Virus record (IMG/VR): IMGVR_UViG_3300025608_000011
Coordinates: 34,439 to 98,438 of that record
From: a virus
Lineage: Duplodnaviria > Caudoviricetes
Length of the DNA stretch: 64,000 nucleotides
Reading direction: 5' to 3' (one strand)
In this document: in pieces, positions 12,601-20,001 of the stretch
Layout of the letters: each line of letters starts with the position of its first letter
How positions within the stretch are numbered: the stretch's first letter is position 1
Translations under genes and position numbers: made by a program
Notes under the pieces: model-generated
The model's database searches: none
The model's input: only the letters and a program-made list of their open reading frames with translations
What the model was told of the DNA's origin: nothing

Positions 12601-15375
12601 CCTATATCTTATGATGTTACTGCTATTGACATAAAAGTTAACGGTGTAGAAGTTTTACAAAATAATTACACCTATTATAATAAAGAAGACACAAGCCTAG
12701 GATTTACTAGACAGCTAGGAGAAATAGAATTTACTACACCGCCTGCTAGTGGAAGTGAAATTGTTGTATCTTATAATAAAGACATCAGTGTTCTTTCAGC
12801 AGCTGATAGAATACAACATTACTATAATCCTACAACTGGACAGTTGGGCAAAGATTTACCACAGTTAATGACAGGTGTAGACTACGGCGGAGTTGAAATT
12901 ACAAGTTTCAGTTTTGCTGGAGCAGCAGGATGGATGACAGAATTAGATGGTTGGTATACCAGTACTTGGGATGACTATGACACAACTTATGAAGACGAAG
13001 TATTCCAATTAGATGGTAGTACTATTAGATTACAATTAAGTCAACCATTAGAAAACGGTGTTGTGTACAATGTTTATAAAAATGGTGTACGCATAGATGA
13101 CGAAAACTATGGCACACAGGATCAAACTAATGCCAATGCATTGATGCCAAGTTTAACAGGTGACGGCGTTACGGATTATCTAGACTTAGACGATTATGGT
13201 ATTAGTTCTGCGTCTGACGATTTGTTTGTAGTAAGAAAAATTACCAGCGACGGATCTATTACACCAGATCCTACAAGTTATGATACTCAATTACAGGGCG
13301 GTGATCTTAATTATTCTACAGCAACAGGGCTTCGAGCAGAAGACATTATTGTAGACGGAGACGGAATAGTAACTATAACTAATACTTCTGGACCAGAAGA
13401 AGTAGTTCCAGGACACGTTGTAGATACACTAGATATTAAAGTGTACGATCGCCCAGGTGACGGCTCTAGTAAAATGTATGTTTACACATTCAAGGTAGAT
13501 CCTTATACTAGTGTATTCACAGTTGATAATCTTCCTGCAAATACAGCAAGTATATTTGCAAAAATTAATGATACAGTGATAAACACTAGTGACATAACAC
13601 TTAATATGGCAAATAGTACAGTTACGTTACCTGAATCAGGAAATGGTATTATTACTGGAGAAAATCTAGTAAGTATTGTATTGATGGATCAAGCTGGAGC
13701 AAACATTTACGATATTGATGAATTTGTTGCAGAAGAAGCAGTTAATAACTATATTACTCAGGTTCCGTTTGCGGAAGACTTACAAGTGTATGTTACTGTA
13801 GCCGGTATACCTGTTAATGTTACATTAGTGGAAGCCGACGAAACATTCGGTGATGATCAAGGCAGATTAGTATTAAGATTTGATGAACCTCCGTTTGCTG
13901 GTAATATTATAAGATACAGTGTATTCGGCGCAGGAGATCAGTCATACAGTGTTGTTGCAGAACAATTAGAAGTAGGCGACGGAAATACTGTGAACTTTGT
14001 ATTAGACAATGTACCTTTATATAAATCTCCTGTAGAACAAAATATGCTTGTTTTTGTAGATAATCTTGCATTAATAGCAGATTATAATGAAACATTTACT
14101 GTAAGTTCTACTAGAGAATATGTGCTAAGACAATATCAACAAGAACCTAGTACAATTGTAGCTGAAAATATTTCTGTTTTCTTAAACGACGAATTACTTA
14201 CAAAAAATATTCAATATCGATGGAGCAGTGCAAATTCTAGTATAGAGTTGTCTACTGGCGTTGGTAATACAGGAGATAGATTAAAAGTTTACGTACACAC
14301 CGGAGAATACACGGTTAATAATGGAACAATACAATTTAACACAGCACCAGCTCAAGATGCTCAAATAAAAATTGTAACGTTTACAAACCACGATTTACAA
14401 AACTTTGATAGATTTAATTTAGAAGTTGTTTCAAAAATTACACTAGATCCTAGTTTAACTGATTACAACGAATATCGTAGCTTAACTAACGGATTGATCA
14501 AACTATCTGAAGCTGCAACAGATGTACAATATGTTTTTGTTTTAGTTAACGGAAGTAGATTAACACCTAATGTTGATTATACACTAACTGATGATAGACA
14601 ATATCTAAGAATTGAAAAAGATTTAACAGAAAATGATGTAATAGACATCCTACAAGTTAGAGGAACGCCGATATCTGGCAAGTTTGGATATAGAGTATTT
14701 AAAGATATGCTTAATAGAACACACTACAAGCGTCTTAACGATACATATAGATATACTCTTGCACAAGATTTAAATTGGTATGACACTGCTATTGAATTAG
14801 ATTCGGTAGAAGGATTGCCTGAACCAAACAAGGCAAAAAATATACCAGGTGTTGTGTTTATCAATGGCGAACGTATCGAATACTTTGTAATTCAAGATAA
14901 TCGTTTAAGACAACTTAGACGAGGCACTCTAGGAACAGGTATCAAAGAATTACACGAAGCAGGAACCAGAGTTTACAATCAGGGTGTTACAGAAACTATA
15001 CCTTACAAAGACGAAACAATTGTAGATACAGCTGAAAATACTGGCGGAACAACATATACAGTAAACTTTGATATTTCTAGTATAGATGAGTTAGAAGTTT
15101 TTGTAGGCGGTACTAGATTACGTAAATATGACATAAATGTTTATGATTATACCGTAGATCAAGATTCTCCGGCAGGAGATATAACATTACCTGCACAGTA
15201 CAGTGTAGACACAGCAACTAATACAGTTACTTTAGTAGATGCACCAAATGCTAATGCAAGAATCCAGTTTGTTAAGAAAACAGGTAAAACCTTTAGTTTA
15301 CCGGGTGTTTCATTAAGAAATTCAGAATCTGAAGTAGCAAGATTTATAAGATCAGTAGAGGTGGACTTACCTTAA
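631..15375 (+). CDS. Giant (4914 aa) virion baseplate/tail structural protein with FG-GAP-like propeller blades and CBM5/12-like repeats
   Basis: Uninterrupted acidic, beta-rich ORF; stop/start overlap with upstream gene. FG-GAP-like motifs (FGISVAMSKDNQKLIVGAP, FGSSISLSPDGKTLFVGEP), W..Y..GD.V.Y modules and G.GY..P repeats. Confidence 0.75.
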   Translation: MAYDNNQSDPALPVGDDENRESYNFLPKYFRTNFNKKFLASTLDQLLQPGVAEKVNGFIGRRITKAYTSDDNYVGDVSLNRINYQLEPAVLIEDTIGNTVFYKDYMDYINQLKNFKVDVDDHNKLNEQEYYSWDPLIDWDKFVNFREYYWLPYGPQTIGILGQSADVETEIQVIARDNADNKGYVFFPDGLTQNPNIRLYRGQTYTFTINTPGKPFYIKTASRAGEDFIYNDGVSEQGVEEGSITFTVDNDTPDLLYYVDENDPNTYGLFIVLDIDENSFINVEDEILGKLNYTSGNNIKLSNGMKVEFKGKVTPEIYGESAYYVEGVGAGIKLIPEKDLEIPNQFAADQLIPFDTNAFDRLPFGNAASYPAEKDYITINKSAVDGNAWSKYNRWFHKSVIEQSAEINGQPADLNQDARAKRPIIEFKSGVKLYNFGVKEKPAVDLVDTFTTDVFSTIEGSAGYNIDGVDISEGMRILFTADTDILVKNKIFEVKFITQQNSENIVDRRQIALITVDDTDPVEGETVLVKQGDENRGAMWHYTSGVWYKGQQKTRVNQPPKFDLFDANGENLKDSTTYPSSDFTGVTIFEYAQGTGTADTELGFPLTYRTIENVGDITFNWTLPNQEVRYQDNTQLQSAVYKTSESYLKVYDETLDFSYHNGWAKGFRKSYQPVLRQYVVDSTQTNLFEIDMYDSAGVLSDLEVKVFVDNDFKQDRIDYDIENINNRLYVNFNTDLDVGQKVVFRTKSSAPCNGNGYYEVPKNLERNPQNNDFTTATLGSINDHLNTMIDDLPGFSGEIFGVNNVRDLGDIAKYGNRFVKHSNTLPLTMFHVTNKEYNIKKAIDFVGNEYAKFKRQFLTEAETLGFDAAPAEMVDRILQNLTRDKDPSMPFYFSQMAGFANAVTRDYEVVDVDSVFFALSQPFDIQEISPRAVYVYQNEIQLTYGKDYTFDSEGFCIVNTEKQLGDRIVIKEFESTDGSYIPPTPTKLGIFPKYEPKIYVDDTYLSNTKVIQGHDGSIIHAFDDYRDDLVLELELRIYNNIKQTYNERLFNIYDIISSSDRNTGVSKQQIDSVLIPDFIAWAKLAGNIDYSTNVIFNEFNSFTYNYSSMVDPNDNVLPGFWRSIYKNYLDTDRPHTHPWECLGFSIMPSWWEDEYGAAPYTSNNLLMWEDIEQGIIRAPGVPAEENSKYARTNLTSYIPVDAQGNLLSPYNTGYAQGYVQKLAKAEWKFGDEAPAETAWRRSSHYRYSLLKAMLLNKPGELITKLFDLSRLKVNLADQIVHVDTEQPIKIQDLVFPNVYSDTARIATRGLVNFVSDYLNSDVVKSYEEYKTYCQNLDVKLGYKLGGYSDISKFNLVLDSRTPLNKGNVFVPQENYEIKFNTSSPIETITYSGVIIERTGAGYIVQGYDRTTSSFTVLEPITKTTDPTINVGGVTEEFIEWAEDQQYVAGLNVRYNSEYYRVKTQHVSEATFDIDKFAKLPFLPTVGGRDALFRRSFAERTLEVPYGTLFTEIQEVVDFLLGYQAYLELQGFAFDRFNDNLETVENWDLSVKEFLFWTTQEWGEGSLISLSPCASQIKFQKPYRIVDNIFDNFYDYSILDINGQPLDRRFISIARDGNEFTLTLKNTAAGIYSLQLPLVQKEHVLVLDSRTVFNDVLYNAELGYRQDRIFAIGYKSTSWDGSVNIPGFLYDEVVIQDWSPYTDYNVGDVVKYKEYYYISKFKNPGEETFNENEYIKLDEKPTSQLTTNLDYRTVQFADFYDLDTDNFDASQQKLAQHLIGYQKRDYLANIINDDVSQYKFYQGFIREKGTRNAFDKLFDVLGSSDKDSLEFYEEWAIKQGQYGVADGFEEVEYVLDESQFKAQPQAVEIVTLKPSNPLDLIYRVNDADTLVQPTNYNTAPFPTKYTQQEFSKTAGYVNMEDVDHSVYLYDDIINLNIDDVNVDNFIWVANKNNDWDVLKHVSTTIKISSIIADSTGMILNATRTVTGVSEGDVIGLYNAEDNDAFYKVVTVSNNVIIIDAEFAELETVNAFVSVFESVRLADYETIKTMQLTEEGNKFWIDSDSNGKWNVINQTKQFTELNKIENNAYYNSSTFENFGTSFDVDASNTWMAVGAPEDNKVYIYRRASDGANWFLSETLEPFSGFADTIDQFGISVAMSKDNQKLIVGAPKLSNAKSYYQGNFVETNQYTKNQIVTYKNTLWQAVRTIEPGLASQTFESFNFYENMAVQDSTALNLLIVGDNIFDGETTSHMLVVAPEDQYNGSKAGDRTVLRWNINSFINTFGYTPFAGAIPELETFVSGTHTIVDKIEQVIVVANTDNSVIAGDIVTSDTASGEVAYAREIFNSSIIYLKNVSGRFDETGRIDLANGLFVGEYAEQFRDVYNSTNGFWMINTPSYEIPTGDKIDEGKGLVFVDYLLDTDTRNAFDYYNILDKVADIGLQITLNDQASFLAQLTWEGDNNNLRRVYNNNFWTVRSDVDFASSKNIGDSFRIQVPGATNLPLARIDADYINDEHAIFDIWDGYIDFTFEEFDPETRDPFEPTPRYEYDSGSGTFVDNGSGTIVKDSTTGAEAEVMFYQRNFNDVRIYVKNVTGSWTDGGSYGEPSEIIYKDYVQAGALQPMGDIVGTSLANSNIGPLFVVRNPNEEFNLATVPTIVDGEYWFYDKTTVSGVPREPNIPSSNNNDWTQVYNIPLSDLGTTDQGYTDQGAYFVYEKSGTTFTLVGAYVVPETAQDLELGSSVKISINGDTTNIFVGARGGIGKLFFVKHTEELGYALDRDENYRGAFDSELFYRIGEIVVNSDTLYVAITNVSPGAFDANDWEEITTPVTYLGYLPSNAQVTIGDDTYYSIREDLDILRFADNFTVDTTGDVLVCAVSKQLTDSVTDETLVVYRKQDGKFILDQVIDADIADTRFGSSISLSPDGKTLFVGEPYNDVDKDEEGNVINTVANKGTVSVYELKDSGFDLTQRLISPNVEVDDQFGFKVHGLNDSVAVTSSRGDITLDTTFNVHSQLVEFSNLIYGTDYVLDKDSELSGQETLFDNGFTTFFKTNKNIGSVHVFEKVDTTYIPAQSLETDLEDMVGYGKEILFNNNHVYIANPTYTDSETYQGIVQDFRKERNSKCIEIIRSPIDMVDLEKIKGIFLYNTDTNQLIERLDFIDPIQGKIAGIADQNISYKVHYDPAVYSVGTTQVTVDELATWGERQVGQLWWNLSQGLWVNPYQGNTIYQTNTWNTLFEGTDVEVCEWVESNYLPSEWAELADTEEGLNEGISGQPKYGDEIYVQKSIFDSVSQTFSNKYYFWVSDKVIVPDLAPRTISCNEVENLIRNPHIQGYKFVSLLKDNKFIVHNCDGLLSDRDVAINFQYWTVDDTTRNIHSQYQIITEGLATSTPNRDIEQKWFDSLVGYDAYDRPVPDINLKAKQQYGVLNKPRQSMFVNKVEALKQLIERTNSTLKNYLIVDDYDLDRLFEKEAPPSISTNLYDLILDTEQELQFVGTARLKTAQLTPVIVEGSITRVDIVDPGRGYLVPPSYKVDGIGSGAVLEFELNSSGGIANVVVVSGGDKYTDETTVTLRNFSVLVNADSSARGRWTLSRWNFDLEEWEKITAQQYDTSQYWNYVDWYADTYSEFSKIDYIIDQSYELDFLESEVGDLVKINNVGTGGWLLLEQIDDQENVDYTVNFKTVGRQNGTIQFKNTLYDTAANKIGYDSDTFDLTFYDNLPITETRVILETLRDSIFVDELAIHYNELFFASVRYAFSEQNYIDWAFKSSFVKAKHNVGNLEQKINFENDNLENYEDFINEAKPFRTKVREFISSYESADTAQNFVSDFDLPPYYNESLRKITTRNFTYDNGTISSVSEGALSYPDLAWQENNKFQLVDIKIADSGNGYIQAPQVVFDVETTAKAVAYVSNGKVNAIEILDVGNGFTKTPVITIEGGLDEGGTAARAVAIIGDNVVRSARTVLKFDRIQGRYEINEIAETETFVGGTNTTVFTLKWPISYDVTAIDIKVNGVEVLQNNYTYYNKEDTSLGFTRQLGEIEFTTPPASGSEIVVSYNKDISVLSAADRIQHYYNPTTGQLGKDLPQLMTGVDYGGVEITSFSFAGAAGWMTELDGWYTSTWDDYDTTYEDEVFQLDGSTIRLQLSQPLENGVVYNVYKNGVRIDDENYGTQDQTNANALMPSLTGDGVTDYLDLDDYGISSASDDLFVVRKITSDGSITPDPTSYDTQLQGGDLNYSTATGLRAEDIIVDGDGIVTITNTSGPEEVVPGHVVDTLDIKVYDRPGDGSSKMYVYTFKVDPYTSVFTVDNLPANTASIFAKINDTVINTSDITLNMANSTVTLPESGNGIITGENLVSIVLMDQAGANIYDIDEFVAEEAVNNYITQVPFAEDLQVYVTVAGIPVNVTLVEADETFGDDQGRLVLRFDEPPFAGNIIRYSVFGAGDQSYSVVAEQLEVGDGNTVNFVLDNVPLYKSPVEQNMLVFVDNLALIADYNETFTVSSTREYVLRQYQQEPSTIVAENISVFLNDELLTKNIQYRWSSANSSIELSTGVGNTGDRLKVYVHTGEYTVNNGTIQFNTAPAQDAQIKIVTFTNHDLQNFDRFNLEVVSKITLDPSLTDYNEYRSLTNGLIKLSEAATDVQYVFVLVNGSRLTPNVDYTLTDDRQYLRIEKDLTENDVIDILQVRGTPISGKFGYRVFKDMLNRTHYKRLNDTYRYTLAQDLNWYDTAIELDSVEGLPEPNKAKNIPGVVFINGERIEYFVIQDNRLRQLRRGTLGTGIKELHEAGTRVYNQGVTETIPYKDETIVDTAENTGGTTYTVNFDISSIDELEVFVGGTRLRKYDINVYDYTVDQDSPAGDITLPAQYSVDTATNTVTLVDAPNANARIQFVKKTGKTFSLPGVSLRNSESEVARFIRSVEVDLP

Positions 15376-15381
15376 TAAATA
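15375..15381 (+). promoter_or_regulatory. T4-type late promoter (ATAAATA)
   Basis: ATAAATA in the short gap before the structural gene at 15400, followed by an AAGGA RBS. Confidence 0.55.
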
Positions 15382-15399
15382 CGATGTCAAGGAATTAAA

Positions 15400-16002
15400 A
15401 TGGAAAAATTACAAGATTCACAGAGCTTATTGATACAAGGGCACATTCGGATTTTCGATCCAGAGAATGATGTTGAATATGTCAATAAAAGAAATGCAAT
15501 CCATTATGAAAACATGAGTATAAGTCTTGCAGAAAGTGTAGCAAATGCTGGCACTAGCTGGATTTATGAAATGAGTTTTGGAAATGGCGGAACTAGCGTA
15601 GACGAAACAGGTATAATTACATACCTAACTCCAAACTCTACAGGAACAAATGCAAGTTTATACAATCAAACGTATACTAAAATTGTTGACGACAGGAGTG
15701 TTAACAATGTTGATCCTGTGCGTAATAAAATAGAAACAAGACACGTAAGTGGCACAAACTATACAGATGTAGTAGTAAGTTGTTTGTTAGATTATAGTGA
15801 GCCAAACGGCCAGGATGCGTTTGACACAGCAACGCAAAGTGATAGTTTATATGTATTTGATGAACTAGGATTAAGGGCATACGATCCTAGCGGTTCTGGT
15901 AGATTATTAACCCATGTAATTTTCCATCCTGTACAAAAGTCACTCAACAGACTTATACAAATCGACTACACAGTGCGTATTCAGAGTCTATCGGGGGTAT
16001 AA
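15400..16002 (+). CDS. Virion structural protein (baseplate module)
   Basis: 200 aa with RBS; FDELGL...LLTHVIFHPVQK resembles baseplate/tail-fibre-attachment proteins; context. Confidence 0.55.
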   Translation: MEKLQDSQSLLIQGHIRIFDPENDVEYVNKRNAIHYENMSISLAESVANAGTSWIYEMSFGNGGTSVDETGIITYLTPNSTGTNASLYNQTYTKIVDDRSVNNVDPVRNKIETRHVSGTNYTDVVVSCLLDYSEPNGQDAFDTATQSDSLYVFDELGLRAYDPSGSGRLLTHVIFHPVQKSLNRLIQIDYTVRIQSLSGV

Positions 16003-16005
16003 TAA

Positions 16006-18117
16006 ATGGCATATACTATTAGTTTTACAAATGCGGTAGACAATGGCACTATAATTATAGAAGATGGAACTATTAATCAGGAAACAGATTTAAAATTTCC
16101 TGGTAGAAGTGTAACGAGCTACGGCGAAGCAATAGCAGAAAACTTTTTACATCTACTAGAAAATTTTGCAAGTTCTACTGAACCTAGTAGGCCTGTAACA
16201 GGACAATTATGGTACGATACAAACGCAGCATCTCCGCAATTAAAAATTTACGACTCTACTCAATTTGTTGCCGCTGGCAATTTAAAGAAAGGAGATACAC
16301 AACCTGAAGCAAGTGCTAGTGTTGCTGGCGACTTATGGTCAGATACTGATAATCAACAACTTTATTTGTTTACAGGTGCAGGCTGGACTCTAGTAGGACC
16401 GCAATTTAGTGATGGACTAGCAACAGGAGCCTCTCCAGAAAGAATTATAGGTATAGATAATTTAGAGCACAGTATTATACGAGTAGAAGTAGATGCAGTT
16501 CCAGTTGCTATAATTAGCGGAGAAGCATTTACCCCTAAGACAACTATACCAGGATTTTCAAGTTTAAAAGCAGGAATAAATCTTAGTTTCAATACATTCG
16601 GAGCCAGCGGAATACCTAAAATAATTGGTACAGCAGAAAAAGCAGAAAATTTACTAGTTGGTGCAGAAACAGTATTAGCAAGTAACTTTTTAAGAAGCGA
16701 TGTTATTTCTACTACAAATCAACAGCTTAGAATAAAGAACAACAGCGGATTATTAGTAGGTAGTGGAGGCCAATTAACTGTCGGCGTCGAAGGCGAGTCT
16801 GCAATTATTCAACATAACACAAGTGGAGCTGCAATTGATATAAGAGTTAATGACGAAGGCATTAACAAAACTGTAATTAAAGTAGATGCATCTACTAATG
16901 TTGGTATTAATAATCAAAATCCAGGATACGCATTAGATGTAACAGGTACAATTCAAGCAAGTGATTCGTTACTTGTAAACGGAGTAGCAGAAAGTACAAC
17001 ATTTGGATCTGGAGCAATTGTAACCAAAGGTGGGCTAGGTGTTGCAAAAAATACATATATCGGCGGCGATTTAAATGTTGCAGGAGATACTACTTTTACA
17101 AACATTTTACCAGACGGTTCTCTTACTCGTGACATTGGAACACAATTATTAAAATATAGAAATGTTTACGCTAACAAATTTATTGGTGATTTAGAAGGTG
17201 ATGTAACAGGTACACTTTCCGGAACAGCTACTAGGGCAAATAGAATCACTAGTGCTACTACATTTATAATCACAGGTGATATAACAGCAAATCAAATATC
17301 GTTTGATGGTTCGACAGGCGGAAACACAAAAACATTTACTACTTCTGTTGCTAATACGTTTATTTCAGGAAAAAATCCTGTCGTAACTAATTTGTTCGAT
17401 GACGAATTGTTAATTAATCGAATTTCTGGCAATGACACTGGATTAAAAAAGACAAGTACACGTACACTTTTAAATTTAGTCCCAGTTACTCCTCCAGGAA
17501 CTGTAGTACCATATGCAGGAATTATTCCATCAGATGGTAGAGTATTATACAATGGCGGAATATGGTTAGTATGCGACGGAAGAGAAGTGGACGAAGAAAC
17601 CTACGAACTATTGTTCGACACAATAGGAACAGCATTTAAAGATAATCCTAGTGAAAATAAATTTGGTCTACCAGATTTAAGAGGACGATTACCTTTAGGT
17701 CTTGACAATATGGGAGGTACTGCCGCAGGAGTAGTTACAGGCCAAAGAGCTGCAGAGCTAGGTAATAAAGAAGGCTCACAAGAAGTTACAATTGATATAG
17801 ATAATTTACCAGAGCATGAACATACATTACAATCTGATGTCGAAGGAGATATTGTAAAACAGTTTTATGCAATGAGTAAAGATCCTAAGTTAAACGACGG
17901 AACAAGCCCGGCAGAATCAATAAGTCAGCCTTATACAATTGATTCTGCAGATGATAATCAAGGACAAGGATATCCAAGATCAGGCGGAGTTTTAGCTGAT
18001 GTGATTCCCGATCCTGTCACAGGAGATACGATTAAAAATCTTGGCAATGCGTTAGATGTAATGAATCCATTTTTAGCAATCAACTATATCATATTTACTG
18101 GGAAAATTGAATTATGA
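16006..18117 (+). CDS. Baseplate/short tail fibre protein with C-terminal phage tail-collar domain
   Basis: Collar signature PPGTVVPYAG...WLVCDG...YELLFDTIG...FGLPDLRGR; N-terminal module ENFLHLLENFA...GQLWYD shared with the next two genes. Confidence 0.75.
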   Translation: MAYTISFTNAVDNGTIIIEDGTINQETDLKFPGRSVTSYGEAIAENFLHLLENFASSTEPSRPVTGQLWYDTNAASPQLKIYDSTQFVAAGNLKKGDTQPEASASVAGDLWSDTDNQQLYLFTGAGWTLVGPQFSDGLATGASPERIIGIDNLEHSIIRVEVDAVPVAIISGEAFTPKTTIPGFSSLKAGINLSFNTFGASGIPKIIGTAEKAENLLVGAETVLASNFLRSDVISTTNQQLRIKNNSGLLVGSGGQLTVGVEGESAIIQHNTSGAAIDIRVNDEGINKTVIKVDASTNVGINNQNPGYALDVTGTIQASDSLLVNGVAESTTFGSGAIVTKGGLGVAKNTYIGGDLNVAGDTTFTNILPDGSLTRDIGTQLLKYRNVYANKFIGDLEGDVTGTLSGTATRANRITSATTFIITGDITANQISFDGSTGGNTKTFTTSVANTFISGKNPVVTNLFDDELLINRISGNDTGLKKTSTRTLLNLVPVTPPGTVVPYAGIIPSDGRVLYNGGIWLVCDGREVDEETYELLFDTIGTAFKDNPSENKFGLPDLRGRLPLGLDNMGGTAAGVVTGQRAAELGNKEGSQEVTIDIDNLPEHEHTLQSDVEGDIVKQFYAMSKDPKLNDGTSPAESISQPYTIDSADDNQGQGYPRSGGVLADVIPDPVTGDTIKNLGNALDVMNPFLAINYIIFTGKIEL

Positions 18118-19964
18118 GTTATCAAATTAATAAAAGTGACGGATCTTTATTAGTTGATCTAATTGATGGAATAGTAGATACTAATTCTACTGATTTAACA
18201 TTAATAGGCAGAAACTATGTAGGATTCGGCGAACAGTTTAACGAAAATTTTGTAAAATTATTAGAAAATTTTGCTGCTGGTTTTGCTCCTAGTAATCCTA
18301 TTAGAGGACAAATATGGTATGATACAAACAATGGACGTATTAAAGTATACAACGGTGAAGATTTTGAAACTGCCGGCGCCCCTATTGTAAGTTCAGACAC
18401 TCCTACTCTTACAGAAGGTGATCTATACATTAATCCGTTTACTAAACAATTGTTCTTTGCAACTAGTCCTAGTTCAGGACCAATTCTTGCAGGTCCAATA
18501 TATACTGAACAGCAAGGTGAAAGCGGATTTAAAATTAGAACAATAACTGATACACTAGAAAGAGAACGTACAGTTGCAGAATTATATCTCGCCGGACAAT
18601 TAGTTGCTATTTTAAGTAACCAAGAATTTACACCTAATCCTAGTGCAAGTTTACCTGCAGAACTTTCAGAGAATATTCTTAAAGGATTTAATTTTATAGA
18701 TGAAACAGGATTCGTCTATCACGGTACTGCAAAACTAGCACAAAATGTTATCAATCAAGCAGGCGAAGTTATTAGTGCCGACCAATTTGTTCCAGCAGAT
18801 AGAGCAGGAACAATGACAGGTACATTGTTTATAGATAATAATAATGGTTTAACAATTGGTACAGGTTCTAATACATCTCTTAAAGTAAGTGGTACTAGGA
18901 TAGTTTTAGAAAGTAGACTTAAAAACCAAGACTTTGCAGTAACAGTGAATGCTGAAGGTATTACAAAAAATGCTATATTTGTTGATGCTCAGGAAGAAAG
19001 AGTTGGCATATTTACAGCTACTCCGTCACATACATTAGACGTAGAAGGTGATGCTAGAATTGCCGGCAACTTAATAGTTGAAGGAACTACTACAAGTGTT
19101 GATAGTACTATATTAAGAATAGCAGACAAAAATATTGAATTAGGTATTACAGACGATAGTACTATGCTAACTGAAGCACAAGCAGATGGTGCAGGTATTC
19201 TTGTTAAAGTGCAGGGCGATGACAAAACTATAACTTGGGATTTTGGCACTGACGCCTGGCAAATTAGTACGGATCTTAATATTCCAAATAATAAGGGATA
19301 TTATATTGACGGATCCTTAATGTTAGATTCTACTACATTATACAATGTTACCAGTGCTCCTGCTGTAACAAGTGTAGGTGCATTAACTAATGTAACAGCT
19401 GGCTCTATTGAAGTAGGTGTAGATTCTGCTAATACTATTTCCACTACTTCGGGGGATTTAAATTTAAATCCAACAGGTGTTATTAATGTTAACAATAATC
19501 AAATAACAAATGTAGCATCACCTAGCGGATCAACACATGCAACAAATAAAGGATATGTTGACGATCTTCTAGCAAGTTCCCACGTAGGATTTAGTTTAGA
19601 TGTTACAGGATTATCACCAGCAAATATTATAAGTGTTTTAAGCGATTTATATTCGCCCGCAGATTCAGCAGTTGGTAGAACAGCAAGCATTCATACTACA
19701 TCTCTTGCTGGAGCAACAGTTACAGGTATTGAGGTTACAGTTTCACAGCAACCTAATACTTCAGGAAATATTGTAGTTGCAACAACAGCAGTTGACAGTA
19801 ACGGAACTAATAATAAAACAGTAATACAGTCAGTGTCACAAGGTACAGATGCAACAGGTTCTGTAAATGTAACTATTACACGTGATCTAAAACACTATAT
19901 AGTGGTAGACAACGGTGGAACTAATGAGTGGCAGCTAACATCTGGACCAGCGTCTAGTGTTTAA
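18114..19964 (+). CDS. Tail fibre/baseplate structural protein (paralog of 16006 and 20002)
   Basis: Shared N-terminus ENFVKLLENFA...GQIWYD; fibre motifs VGIFT..PSHTLDV.G and ATNKGYVD; ATGA overlap. Confidence 0.65.
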   Translation: MSYQINKSDGSLLVDLIDGIVDTNSTDLTLIGRNYVGFGEQFNENFVKLLENFAAGFAPSNPIRGQIWYDTNNGRIKVYNGEDFETAGAPIVSSDTPTLTEGDLYINPFTKQLFFATSPSSGPILAGPIYTEQQGESGFKIRTITDTLERERTVAELYLAGQLVAILSNQEFTPNPSASLPAELSENILKGFNFIDETGFVYHGTAKLAQNVINQAGEVISADQFVPADRAGTMTGTLFIDNNNGLTIGTGSNTSLKVSGTRIVLESRLKNQDFAVTVNAEGITKNAIFVDAQEERVGIFTATPSHTLDVEGDARIAGNLIVEGTTTSVDSTILRIADKNIELGITDDSTMLTEAQADGAGILVKVQGDDKTITWDFGTDAWQISTDLNIPNNKGYYIDGSLMLDSTTLYNVTSAPAVTSVGALTNVTAGSIEVGVDSANTISTTSGDLNLNPTGVINVNNNQITNVASPSGSTHATNKGYVDDLLASSHVGFSLDVTGLSPANIISVLSDLYSPADSAVGRTASIHTTSLAGATVTGIEVTVSQQPNTSGNIVVATTAVDSNGTNNKTVIQSVSQGTDATGSVNVTITRDLKHYIVVDNGGTNEWQLTSGPASSV

Positions 19965-19969
19965 TATGA

Positions 19970-19976
19970 ATAAATA
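19970..19976 (+). promoter_or_regulatory. T4-type late promoter (ATAAATA)
   Basis: Intergenic ATAAATA about 25 nt before the ATG at 20002. Confidence 0.55.
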
Positions 19977-20001
19977 CATGTGTATATGGGGTTAAAGAAA
20001 C

